Source of the DNA: Acidimicrobiia bacterium | GTDB lineage: Bacteria > Actinomycetota > Acidimicrobiia > Spongiisociales > ZC4RG35 | Assembly (NCBI GenBank): GCA_041746105.1 | Contig: JBGTHP010000025.1 | Location: 154,682-218,681 of the forward strand | Length of the DNA stretch: 64,000 nucleotides | Direction: 5' to 3' | Part shown: one piece after another, positions 29,674 to 37,602 of the stretch | How positions within the stretch are numbered: the first letter of the stretch is position 1 | How the letters are laid out: each line of letters begins with the position of its first letter | Translations under genes and position numbers: made by a program | The notes under the pieces: model-generated | Seen by the model: the letters and a program-made list of their open reading frames with translations, nothing else | Told to the model about the DNA's origin: nothing | Database searches by the model: none

Positions 29674-30105
29674 TTGAATCCGGGGATGACAACAAAACCG
29701 CGACTGGGTCACCAGCAGGCGAAGCTGATCGTGGACGAGATCGGAAAGCAGCTCGAGGCACATGACGAAGGGGCGGCCGTCGCCGTGGTCGACGATCACG
29801 GCGAGCTGATGGCATTCTTCCGGACGGACCGATGCCGGCTTCCGTCGATCCAGATCGCGATCAACAAGGCGTACGCCGCCGCCAGAGAACAAATCGAATC
29901 GGCCGAACTGGGAGCGCGCTCACGGGAGGAGGGCTGGCCGATGACCAACTTCGGTGATCTGCGGTATCCGAGCTGGGGCGGGGGTGTTCCGATCCGGATC
30001 GACGGGGTGGTGGTCGGTGCGGTAGGGGTGAGCGGGCTGGCAGAGGCCCGCGACATCGAGCTGGCGCGGGCCGGGGTGCGGGCAGGCGTCCGTGCCGACG
30101 GCTGA
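29674..30105 (+). CDS. GlcG/DUF336 heme-binding-like protein
   Basis: GAAVAVVDDHGELMAFFRTD...GGGVPIRIDGVVVGAVGVSG pattern of DUF336 (also found as the PduO C-terminal domain). Confidence 0.7.
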   Translation: MNPGMTTKPRLGHQQAKLIVDEIGKQLEAHDEGAAVAVVDDHGELMAFFRTDRCRLPSIQIAINKAYAAAREQIESAELGARSREEGWPMTNFGDLRYPSWGGGVPIRIDGVVVGAVGVSGLAEARDIELARAGVRAGVRADG

Positions 30106-30149
30106 CCGGATATACAGTTCTGCCACGGACCCGCAGGATCGTTTCGGAT

Positions 30150-30422
30150 GTGGTCGTAGGGCTGAGCGACTTCGAAGAGATCATCGCCGCACTGGACGGG
30201 GAAGCCTGGCATGGCACGGACGAGGACTATTTCATGGCGCTGATGATGCATGCGATTGACAAGTTGCCGGTTGCTCGAGTCGTCGAGCTGGGTGCCACCG
30301 TCTTAGAACAACACGACAACCACTGGGGCAAGCGAACGGCCGCAAACATTCTTCAAGAACTGGCCTGGGAAAGCCCAACCGAGCTCTCTCCGCCGCTCCT
30401 TCGAACTACATGTTGCAGTTGA
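30150..30422 (+). CDS. hypothetical small protein
   Basis: ORF only. No motif recognised. 3' end overlaps the convergent toxin gene. Confidence 0.3.
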   Translation: MVVGLSDFEEIIAALDGEAWHGTDEDYFMALMMHAIDKLPVARVVELGATVLEQHDNHWGKRTAANILQELAWESPTELSPPLLRTTCCS

Positions 30423-30735
30423 CGGCGACCGCCAAGGCCGCGCACACCGCCCGCATGCGCCCGTCACTCAACCTGCCGAGGCGTTCGGTCAGCGTTCCGA
30501 TCGAAACACTCTCCAGCGAGTCGAGATTGACAGCAGACTGGAGGGGGATCGGATCCTCTCCGGGCTCCAGCAGCACCTCGCTCGCAAGCCCGCGGATCGT
30601 TGTCGTGCATGGAGCGATCAGCGCTCTTCGAAGGCGGGGGATCGCCACGTCTCGAGAAAGAACCACCACTGGGCGACGACGGATGTCAGGCAACTCGCAC
30701 CACCACACCTCGCCCCTCGCCGGTAGATCCTTCAC
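30406..30735 (-). CDS. MazF/PemK-family toxin (mRNA interferase)
   Basis: [11 protein letters not shown]...RPVVVLSRD...[12 protein letters not shown] pattern. GTG start at 30735 gives a 4-nt overlap with the antitoxin stop. Confidence 0.7.
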   Translation of the reverse strand: MKDLPARGEVWWCELPDIRRRPVVVLSRDVAIPRLRRALIAPCTTTIRGLASEVLLEPGEDPIPLQSAVNLDSLESVSIGTLTERLGRLSDGRMRAVCAALAVAVNCNM

Positions 30736-30968
30736 GAAGAGGCTGCCGCCTCTCGAAACGACGCCAGGTCGCCCCATTCATCAATCTCATCGAGGGGACG
30801 TTCGTCGTAGGCGGCGTATCCGGCGTCGATCTCGGCTGCGCGATGTTTGGCTACCAATGCACCGAGAGCTTCATCGAGCAGGGCGGCGTCGTTCAGATCC
30901 GACCTCAGGTTCCTCGCGTTCTCCAAGAGCGACTCGTCTACCGTGGTGCTAACCCGTATGCGTGACAT
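30732..30968 (-). CDS. antitoxin (MazE/ribbon-helix-helix-like) of the adjacent toxin
   Basis: Small acidic ORF ([16 protein letters not shown]...) immediately upstream of and overlapping the toxin. Confidence 0.55.
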   Translation of the reverse strand: MSRIRVSTTVDESLLENARNLRSDLNDAALLDEALGALVAKHRAAEIDAGYAAYDERPLDEIDEWGDLASFREAAASS

Positions 30969-31179
30969 GGCATAACTATGCCACAATATGTGATCTTTTC
31001 AAGACCCCGGTCTGTCACGGCCTCGAAGCCCGCCCCGGCGGACGGCGACCAAGATCCTCCCAACAACCGAGGCGTGGAGCGGAACCTGAGTCTTCGGGTG
31101 AAGAACCCCACGAGTGTCAGCCGGGAATTCCACTCCGCCCACCAGGGACGGGTCGAACCAGCCGCGCAGGCGGCTACGG

Positions 31180-32601
31180 TCACCAGGTGAAGGGCCGGTC
31201 GATACCGGCCATCTTGACGCCGGTGAACGCGCTCGCCTCCAGGCTCAGTGCACGGAGATCCTCGACCTCGAGGTTGTGCACCGAACTTTTGCCGCAAGCC
31301 TTGGCCAGCAGCGTGATCTCCATCGTCATCGCCGTCAGGTAGCGAGCCACCCTTTCGGCCCCGGCTGCGACCTGCATGCGTTTCTCCAGCTCGGGGTCTT
31401 GTGTCGTGATTCCGACCGGACAGCGTCCGGTGTGACAGTGGTGACACTGCCCGGGAGCGGTACCCAACGCTTCGTAGTCGTCGAGATACCTTGGACTGTT
31501 GCACCCCAGTGCCATCAGAGCCGCGGTGCCGATCATGACACAGTCGGCGCCGAGGGCGAGAGCCTTGGCCGCATCAACACCGGAGCGGATTCCACCGGCG
31601 GCCACCAACTTGACCTCGTCGGCCATGCCGCAATCTTCCAGCGCCTGTCTGGCGGCTCTGATCGCGGACAGGGTGGGAATGCCGGTGTGGTCGAGCAGCA
31701 GTTCTGGTGAGGCGCCGGTCCCTCCCTCGGCCCCATCGACCACGATCACGTCGGCGCCGGCCTTGGCGGCGATGGCCACATCAAAACGAGGCCGGGTGGC
31801 CCCCATCTTGACAAACATCGGGATCTTGTAGTCGGTCGCCTCCCTCAGTTCCTCGATCTTCACCTGGAGATCGTCGGCGCCGAGAAAATCTGGGTGACGT
31901 ACGGTCGAACGTTGATCCACACCCAGCGGCAACGAACGCATCTTGGCCACTCGTTCAGAAACCTTCATCCCGAGCAGGATTCCACCGGTCCCCGGCTTGG
32001 CCCCCTGGCCAACGACTATCTCGATTGCGTCTGCCCTTCGCAGATGATCCAGGTCGAGCATGTAACGCGACGGGGTCATCTGGTAGACGAGTTTGTTGGA
32101 TGCCTCGCGTTCGTCTTCGAGCATCCCGCCCTCGCCGGTACACGTCATCGATCCGACCTTTGAGGCGCCGTATCCGAGGGCGGCCTTGGCCGACGCCGAG
32201 AGAGCGCCAAAAGACATCGATGCGATGTATATCGGGATCCCCAGGTCGAGTGGCTGTGAAACAAGACCCTTGCGGTCGCCGAGGACTGTGCGGGTGTCAC
32301 AGCTCTCTCGGTATCCTTCGAGAGGGAGTCGAGTCATCGAAGCCGGAACAAAAACGAGGTCGTCAAAGGTGGGAAAACTCTTGTTTGCGGTGGTGAAACC
32401 ACGAATCTGATAGCGGCCGAGCCTCGACAGTGCGTGGACCTCCGATATCGACTCCGGGGTCCACCGGATCGACTTTCCTGGTGCGTACGAGGATGGGACC
32501 CCGGCCGGGCGCCCGCCGATTCCGCCGTCGGTCATCGCCACCGCGTCTTCGTCTGGCATCGGGAATGGGTACTGGTACCCCTGGGTCAGATCATCAGCCA
32601 T
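31180..32601 (-). CDS. glutamate-synthase-family FMN-binding protein (GltB domain 2-like; MgsC-like)
   Basis: Glu_synthase FMN/Fe-S domain (GGTGASP, CxxGxC cluster region). Approximately 473 aa. Confidence 0.85.
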   Translation of the reverse strand: MADDLTQGYQYPFPMPDEDAVAMTDGGIGGRPAGVPSSYAPGKSIRWTPESISEVHALSRLGRYQIRGFTTANKSFPTFDDLVFVPASMTRLPLEGYRESCDTRTVLGDRKGLVSQPLDLGIPIYIASMSFGALSASAKAALGYGASKVGSMTCTGEGGMLEDEREASNKLVYQMTPSRYMLDLDHLRRADAIEIVVGQGAKPGTGGILLGMKVSERVAKMRSLPLGVDQRSTVRHPDFLGADDLQVKIEELREATDYKIPMFVKMGATRPRFDVAIAAKAGADVIVVDGAEGGTGASPELLLDHTGIPTLSAIRAARQALEDCGMADEVKLVAAGGIRSGVDAAKALALGADCVMIGTAALMALGCNSPRYLDDYEALGTAPGQCHHCHTGRCPVGITTQDPELEKRMQVAAGAERVARYLTAMTMEITLLAKACGKSSVHNLEVEDLRALSLEASAFTGVKMAGIDRPFTW

Positions 32602-33278
32602 GCGCTCGCATCCCTACTCTCGAAGTGCCACAACCGTTGCCCCGACACGATTTTCTTCCAGTCGAACGAACCCGTTATGTCGAGGCCGGCCAGCAGCTGG
32701 GATACGTCGGCAACCTCTTCTGCCGTCGGCTCGACGACATCCGTATCCACGCCGAGAGACTTGATCGGCCCTGCCACCCACACCTCGCCACCCCACAACG
32801 AATCACCGCACGCGTCCTCTGTGCCCTCGAGGGCGATGATGCGACCGGCGTGGGCCATGAACCCCGTCAAAAACCCGACCTTCCCCTCCACGACGATGTC
32901 GCCGCCCTTCATTGCCACACCGCAGCGGGGTCCGGCGTCGCCTTTGACATGGATCAGTCCGCCCCGCATGGAGGCGCCAACGCTCATCCCTGCGTACCCG
33001 TCCACGGTGACGGATCCCTTGGCCATGGCCTCACCGGTACCCCAGCCGGCGTTGCGGGTGACCCTGATCGTCGCCCCGTTGTTGAGGCCGCCGCAGTAAT
33101 AACCGACCGAACCGTCGAAGAGGATGTCGGCGCCTTCCGGCAGCGCAACCCCGAGGTTGTGTCGCGAGAGGGTGTCGCGAACCATGACCCGTTCACCTTC
33201 TGCGATTGCCATACGGATCTCGGCGTTCACCTCTCGGATCGGCCTGTCGCCGACAACCACCTCCACGCGATCGGTCAT
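32586..33278 (-). CDS. glutamate synthase GXGXG-domain protein (MgsB-like)
   Basis: Repeated GxGxG beta-helix motifs (GDAGPRCGVAMKGGDIVVEG). Confidence 0.8.
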   Translation of the reverse strand: MTDRVEVVVGDRPIREVNAEIRMAIAEGERVMVRDTLSRHNLGVALPEGADILFDGSVGYYCGGLNNGATIRVTRNAGWGTGEAMAKGSVTVDGYAGMSVGASMRGGLIHVKGDAGPRCGVAMKGGDIVVEGKVGFLTGFMAHAGRIIALEGTEDACGDSLWGGEVWVAGPIKSLGVDTDVVEPTAEEVADVSQLLAGLDITGSFDWKKIVSGQRLWHFESRDASAWLMI

Positions 33279-34219
33279 ACGCCGACTCCCACCCCGGTGT
33301 GGTAGATGTGGCTTTCGAGAGGCCCGTCGTAATTGATGACCGACACTTCATCCCGGTAGATCTTTCGGATCGCCTGTTCTTCTGTTGCGATGGCGACATT
33401 GCCGTCCGCCTCATCGACGACGACGAGCGGCTTGATGGCGAATCGATCCTTGGCGAAACCGACCATGTCCTCGGTTGACAGGATGTAGGTGAAACATCCG
33501 TCGAGCGCCGACTTGGACATCTCCAATGACTCGGTCAGTGAATTCCCTGCCGCCATCTGATCCGAAAGCCAGACCGCAATGACCTCGGAGTCGTTTTGGG
33601 TCTTGAAGTCATAACCCTTCCGTTTCAGGCGATCGGTGAGGAGGTAATAGTTGGTCAATTGGCCGTTGTGGACGATGGCGATGTCTGGATAGGGGCGCGC
33701 CCAGAACGGATGGGAGGCGGTGGGGGATACGAAGGACTCTGTGGCCATTCTGGCGTTGCCAACACCGTGAGTTCCCCGAAAGTCCCGTACCCCATGTTTG
33801 TCGGCTACCTCGTAGGCATCTCCGAGGTCCTTGATGATTTCGAGGGATCGACCAACCGATTGCAGCTCGAGGCCAGGGATGTGGTCTGCTTCGGCCAACC
33901 AGCGTTCTAGCCCGCTCTCGGGGTCGCCAACGATTGCCCTGATCGACACGTGACGTTGATTCAGCGAATCCCACGTCGGGTCTTCGAGGAAATCGGAGCC
34001 GTGTTCGCGGCTTACGGCGAGAAAGGTGTCCAACACCGAGGAGATGTCAGAGCGATCGGCGGCCACCGCTCTGATGACATAACCAGACTCACGCCTCGGC
34101 CCGTAGAGACCGAATCCGGTGGAATCGGCGCCACGATGGCGCTGGGCCTGCATCATTTCGACGAGGTCTTGTCCCAGTGATCCATCTAGGGAGCAGATTC
34201 TGGCGGCTATTCCGCACAT
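33275..34219 (-). CDS. class-II glutamine amidotransferase (GltB N-terminal domain-like; MgsA-like)
   Basis: MCGIAARI N-terminal nucleophile Cys. True start taken at the internal M (34219) so that Cys is residue 2. Confidence 0.85.
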   Translation of the reverse strand: MCGIAARICSLDGSLGQDLVEMMQAQRHRGADSTGFGLYGPRRESGYVIRAVAADRSDISSVLDTFLAVSREHGSDFLEDPTWDSLNQRHVSIRAIVGDPESGLERWLAEADHIPGLELQSVGRSLEIIKDLGDAYEVADKHGVRDFRGTHGVGNARMATESFVSPTASHPFWARPYPDIAIVHNGQLTNYYLLTDRLKRKGYDFKTQNDSEVIAVWLSDQMAAGNSLTESLEMSKSALDGCFTYILSTEDMVGFAKDRFAIKPLVVVDEADGNVAIATEEQAIRKIYRDEVSVINYDGPLESHIYHTGVGVGV

Positions 34220-34235
34220 TCCAACCTCCGGTGTG

Positions 34236-34249
34236 TACTGAATACAGTA
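34236..34249. promoter_or_regulatory. palindromic operator-like motif TACTGAATACAGTA (site 2) upstream of the split glutamate-synthase-like operon
   Basis: 5-bp inverted arms TACTG/CAGTA with AATA spacer, 17-20 nt upstream of the corrected start. Confidence 0.5.
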
Positions 34250-34278
34250 TACCATCTGCCTTGGCCACCGCGGAAGCC

Positions 34279-34881
34279 CTAGACGGCGAGGAGGTGGTCG
34301 AGAAGCTCGAGATGGTCGCGGGCTTCTGCAGGTTTGATCGGAATCGAGTAGGGCGGCATCGGAGGGAAATACACCGCGGTGATGGTGCCGGGAAGCGGAG
34401 TGATCACGATGCGCCGGCCACCCTGGTCGCTTTCGACAACGATCGACTTCAGTTCGGAACGGCCTGCAAGCCTTGTCGTGGTCTCGTCCGACAACCGCGC
34501 CCCGAGTCCGTCGTCGAGGCCCTTCTTGCGAACGAATCGTTTCTTGTCGAAGCGATATTCAAACCGGCTCGGGTCGGGACCGAGGGTCCCCGTGATCCCA
34601 ACCCATTGGGTGTCGATCAGTGCGCCGAACATCCGGTATCGCCCATGAAACCCGACTTCAATCGTGCGATCGGTCAGTTCGACCCTGGCCGACTGGAAAA
34701 GCGTGTCATCGATGTCGACTGCTTCGCCAAAACGTTGCAGCAGGGCGGCGGTCGGAACCTCCATCAACGTCTGGCGGCGCTGTCGATATAGCCGGCGCGC
34801 CCGTCGGCGCAGGCTCAGCGGGATGGAGCCGGTCTTGCGACCGGCTCCATCTGGCAAAACCTCGTCTCCGCTCGAGGTCAT
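34279..34881 (-). CDS. hypothetical protein, translationally coupled to the upstream permease
   Basis: ATGA overlap with the permease stop. No confident family. Confidence 0.5.
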   Translation of the reverse strand: MTSSGDEVLPDGAGRKTGSIPLSLRRRARRLYRQRRQTLMEVPTAALLQRFGEAVDIDDTLFQSARVELTDRTIEVGFHGRYRMFGALIDTQWVGITGTLGPDPSRFEYRFDKKRFVRKKGLDDGLGARLSDETTTRLAGRSELKSIVVESDQGGRRIVITPLPGTITAVYFPPMPPYSIPIKPAEARDHLELLDHLLAV

Positions 34882-36293
34882 ATCTTCTGTTCCACCTCTT
34901 CGCTGAGATGGTCTACGACGCCAGAGCTCGATCGCAGGAGCCAGCAGAGCACCGCGCCGACGAAGGATCCGCCCACCATCCACAAGGCCCTCCGGCCGAA
35001 GAAGGCGTGACCGTCGGAGACGGGGAGGAAGGCATTCCACCAGACATACAGCGTCATCGCAAGACCGAGCGCCGGTACCACCAGCGGGAGTTTGAATGGC
35101 CTATCCACACTCGAATTGGTGAACCGGGAGACGATCACCAAGACGTGGTAGACGGCATAGAGCAGGATCCAGGTGTAGGCCGCCGTGAATATCTGCTCGA
35201 TCACGCCGCCGTAGGCGATCGCAACCCAGGTGTAGACCACTGCGGTGACGATTGTCGCCACCCAGGGCGTCCGGTAGCGCGGATGGATATGGCCGAATAC
35301 TCTGGACAGGGGTCCAAAGAAGTGGCCGTTACGTGCGATCCCGTAGATGATGCGAGGCATTGCTGCATAAACGATGGTCATCGAGGCGAAGGTCGCCAGC
35401 ACCGAGGCCAGAGCCATCAGGACCCGGCCGCTGCTGCCAAACATCGCGATTCCGACATCGAGTTGGGGAGCGTCCTCGGACACCTGTGAGATCCAGTCGG
35501 CATTGATTCCGCTGACACCAAGCCCCATGAACAACGACGTAGCGAGGATGGCAAAAATGCCGTACACGATCCCTCGCGGGATCGACCGGGTCGGGTCCTT
35601 GGTCTCCTCGGCCAACGGGGCGACAAACTCGATACCGACGAAACTCCAGAAGGCAAAACCGCCGGTCAGTGCCAACAATCCGGCGTAGCCCCCGAAATCA
35701 GGGATGGCTGCCGGAACCGCAGACCATGACCAGCTTCCGAGGTCGGAGAAACCACCAAACGCCGCTGCTCCGAAAAACCAGCGGATGCCGAGCATGCCGA
35801 CGAGCAACGTCAGTTCGAGGCGCGCCAGGGCTTCGATTCCGATCAGGTTGGGAACCACCGCCAGGATGGTGAGGATGACGATCCACATCGACACCGACCC
35901 CGCATTGAAGAGTCCCTGCGCGCCAAACGCGCCGGCGGTGGTCTCTCCGCCACCGGCGAAGGCGAACATCACATAAAACAGAAAGCCGAGGAACACCCCG
36001 ACGATCGTTTTTCCGGCCTGACCTCCCGGAGTTGCAGCGGCCCCGTAGTCGTATAGGGCCCCGGCCTTGGGGTAAGTCGTGGAGAGTTCGGCCGCCGACA
36101 GGCCCAACAACAGGTTGAGCACTGCCGAGGCGACCAGCGCCAGGGCAAAAGTCCTTCCGCCAAGGAACCAGCCTTGGAAGTCGGACACCAGGGTGCTGGC
36201 GGCGACCACAAGGCCGACTCCAGCCGCAAAGATGTCCCACGTTCCGAGTGCCTTGACCAGGCTCTCGGATTGCTCGATGTCTACTTTTGCCAT
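34878..36293 (-). CDS. APC-superfamily amino acid/amine permease
   Basis: Approximately 12 predicted transmembrane segments. Typical APC N-terminal region. Confidence 0.85.
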   Translation of the reverse strand: MAKVDIEQSESLVKALGTWDIFAAGVGLVVAASTLVSDFQGWFLGGRTFALALVASAVLNLLLGLSAAELSTTYPKAGALYDYGAAATPGGQAGKTIVGVFLGFLFYVMFAFAGGGETTAGAFGAQGLFNAGSVSMWIVILTILAVVPNLIGIEALARLELTLLVGMLGIRWFFGAAAFGGFSDLGSWSWSAVPAAIPDFGGYAGLLALTGGFAFWSFVGIEFVAPLAEETKDPTRSIPRGIVYGIFAILATSLFMGLGVSGINADWISQVSEDAPQLDVGIAMFGSSGRVLMALASVLATFASMTIVYAAMPRIIYGIARNGHFFGPLSRVFGHIHPRYRTPWVATIVTAVVYTWVAIAYGGVIEQIFTAAYTWILLYAVYHVLVIVSRFTNSSVDRPFKLPLVVPALGLAMTLYVWWNAFLPVSDGHAFFGRRALWMVGGSFVGAVLCWLLRSSSGVVDHLSEEVEQKI

Positions 36294-36345
36294 GCCTCCT
36301 CCTCGTTTGGCCGGCGTCCAGTTTGTTTCTCTCCACCAAACTGAA

Positions 36346-36359
36346 TCCTGTATACAGTC
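36346..36359. promoter_or_regulatory. palindromic operator-like motif tCCTGTATACAGtc (site 3) upstream of the APC permease
   Basis: Same 10-bp palindrome CTGTATACAG as site 1, preceded by ACTGAAT. Confidence 0.5.
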
Positions 36360-36425
36360 GGTAAAGTTAGCCGGTCGCCGAACGCGAGGTCGGCCAAATC
36401 GGGCATCTTCTGGCGAACGGGCGGC

Positions 36426-36821
36426 TCAGAGAATGCTGGAGATTATGGCGTCGACTTCAACCTCGACCACCATGCCAGGTGTGGTGAGGCCAACGGCAAC
36501 ACCGGTGGTCACGGGGCGTATCCCGGCAAAAACCTCTCCGTGGGCCCGGATGGCGTCGTTGGAGACCGCCATGTCGGAGAAGTAGAGACGGGTACGGACC
36601 ACATCGCCGAGAGCGGCGCCGACGTCGGCGAGAGCCTTGGCGACACGAGCGAAGGCATAGATGGTTTGGGCGTACCCGTCCCAGGGTGCATGCAATTTGC
36701 CAGAGGGTTCGATCGCGGTGGTGCCGGCAACAAAAACAAAGGCACCCACTCGTTTGACCCTTGCGTACGAGCCGATCTCTTCGAACCGGCCGCCGCCACC
36801 GACGGTCTGAATCTCCACCAT
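36426..36821 (-). CDS. RidA/YjgF-family deaminase
   Basis: AGTTAIEPSGK...YFSDMA...VTTGVAVGLTTPGMVVEVEVDA pattern. Confidence 0.8.
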   Translation of the reverse strand: MVEIQTVGGGGRFEEIGSYARVKRVGAFVFVAGTTAIEPSGKLHAPWDGYAQTIYAFARVAKALADVGAALGDVVRTRLYFSDMAVSNDAIRAHGEVFAGIRPVTTGVAVGLTTPGMVVEVEVDAIISSIL

Positions 36822-36852
36822 CGTGGTTACGTTAGTGACGGTTAGTCTTACT

Positions 36853-36871
36853 CTGCATACTGAATGCAGAA
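36853..36871. promoter_or_regulatory. operator-like inverted repeat CTGCAT-actga-ATGCAG / TACTGAATGCAGAA (site 4) in the RidA-GntR divergent promoter region
   Basis: 6-bp inverted arms. Differs from site 2 by one base. Confidence 0.5.
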
Positions 36872-36906
36872 TGCGGTCCGGTCTACAGACAGATGGCGGT
36901 GATCCG

Positions 36907-37602
36907 ATGAAGTTCGAGCGACTCGAACGAAGCAGTGTTCGGTTGGCCGACTTCGTCTACGAGCAGATCTTTGCCGCCGTCCTGAGCGGCCAGATCTCGC
37001 CAGGGGAGAGATTGGTCCAGGAGGTTCTGGCCGACCAGATGGACGTCTCCCGGACGCCGGTGCGGGAGGCACTCCTTCGGCTGGAGTCCGAAGGCATCCT
37101 CGAGTCGTCGGATCGCGGTGGATTCATGGTGCGTTCGTTGGACGTTGGTGAAATTCGGGGAACCTACGAACTTCGGGCTGCGGTAGAGGGTTTTGCCGCT
37201 CGGCTCGCTGCGGAACGGGGCCGGCCGGAATCGATAGCTCACATCAAATCTGCAATTGCCGCCGCCGATGCCAGACCCACCACGCTGGACGCCGGTTTTG
37301 AACTGAACCGTCTCGTCCATCGTGCGATAGTCGAGGCGGCCGACAACCCCGCTTTTCTCGATTCCTTCGATTCGGTGTGGGGTCGGTCTCAATCATTCAG
37401 GATGTTCGCCAAGCTCCACGAAACCGAGCTCCGTTTTCTCGACGCCGAACCCGACCATCATGCAGTACTCGACGCAATTCTGGCCGGCGACGGTAGCCGT
37501 GCCCAGCAAGCGCTGACCGACCACATCCTCTCGGGGCTCGAACTCCAGCTCGGTGTGCTCGAGTCGGCCATGGCAGTTGAAGCCGGCACCGACCCAGTCT
37601 GA
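36907..37602 (+). CDS. GntR-family (FadR/FCD subfamily) transcriptional regulator
   Basis: N-terminal winged HTH (PGERLVQEVLADQMDVSRTPVREALLRLESEGIL) and C-terminal FCD-like helical domain. Confidence 0.85.
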   Translation: MKFERLERSSVRLADFVYEQIFAAVLSGQISPGERLVQEVLADQMDVSRTPVREALLRLESEGILESSDRGGFMVRSLDVGEIRGTYELRAAVEGFAARLAAERGRPESIAHIKSAIAAADARPTTLDAGFELNRLVHRAIVEAADNPAFLDSFDSVWGRSQSFRMFAKLHETELRFLDAEPDHHAVLDAILAGDGSRAQQALTDHILSGLELQLGVLESAMAVEAGTDPV

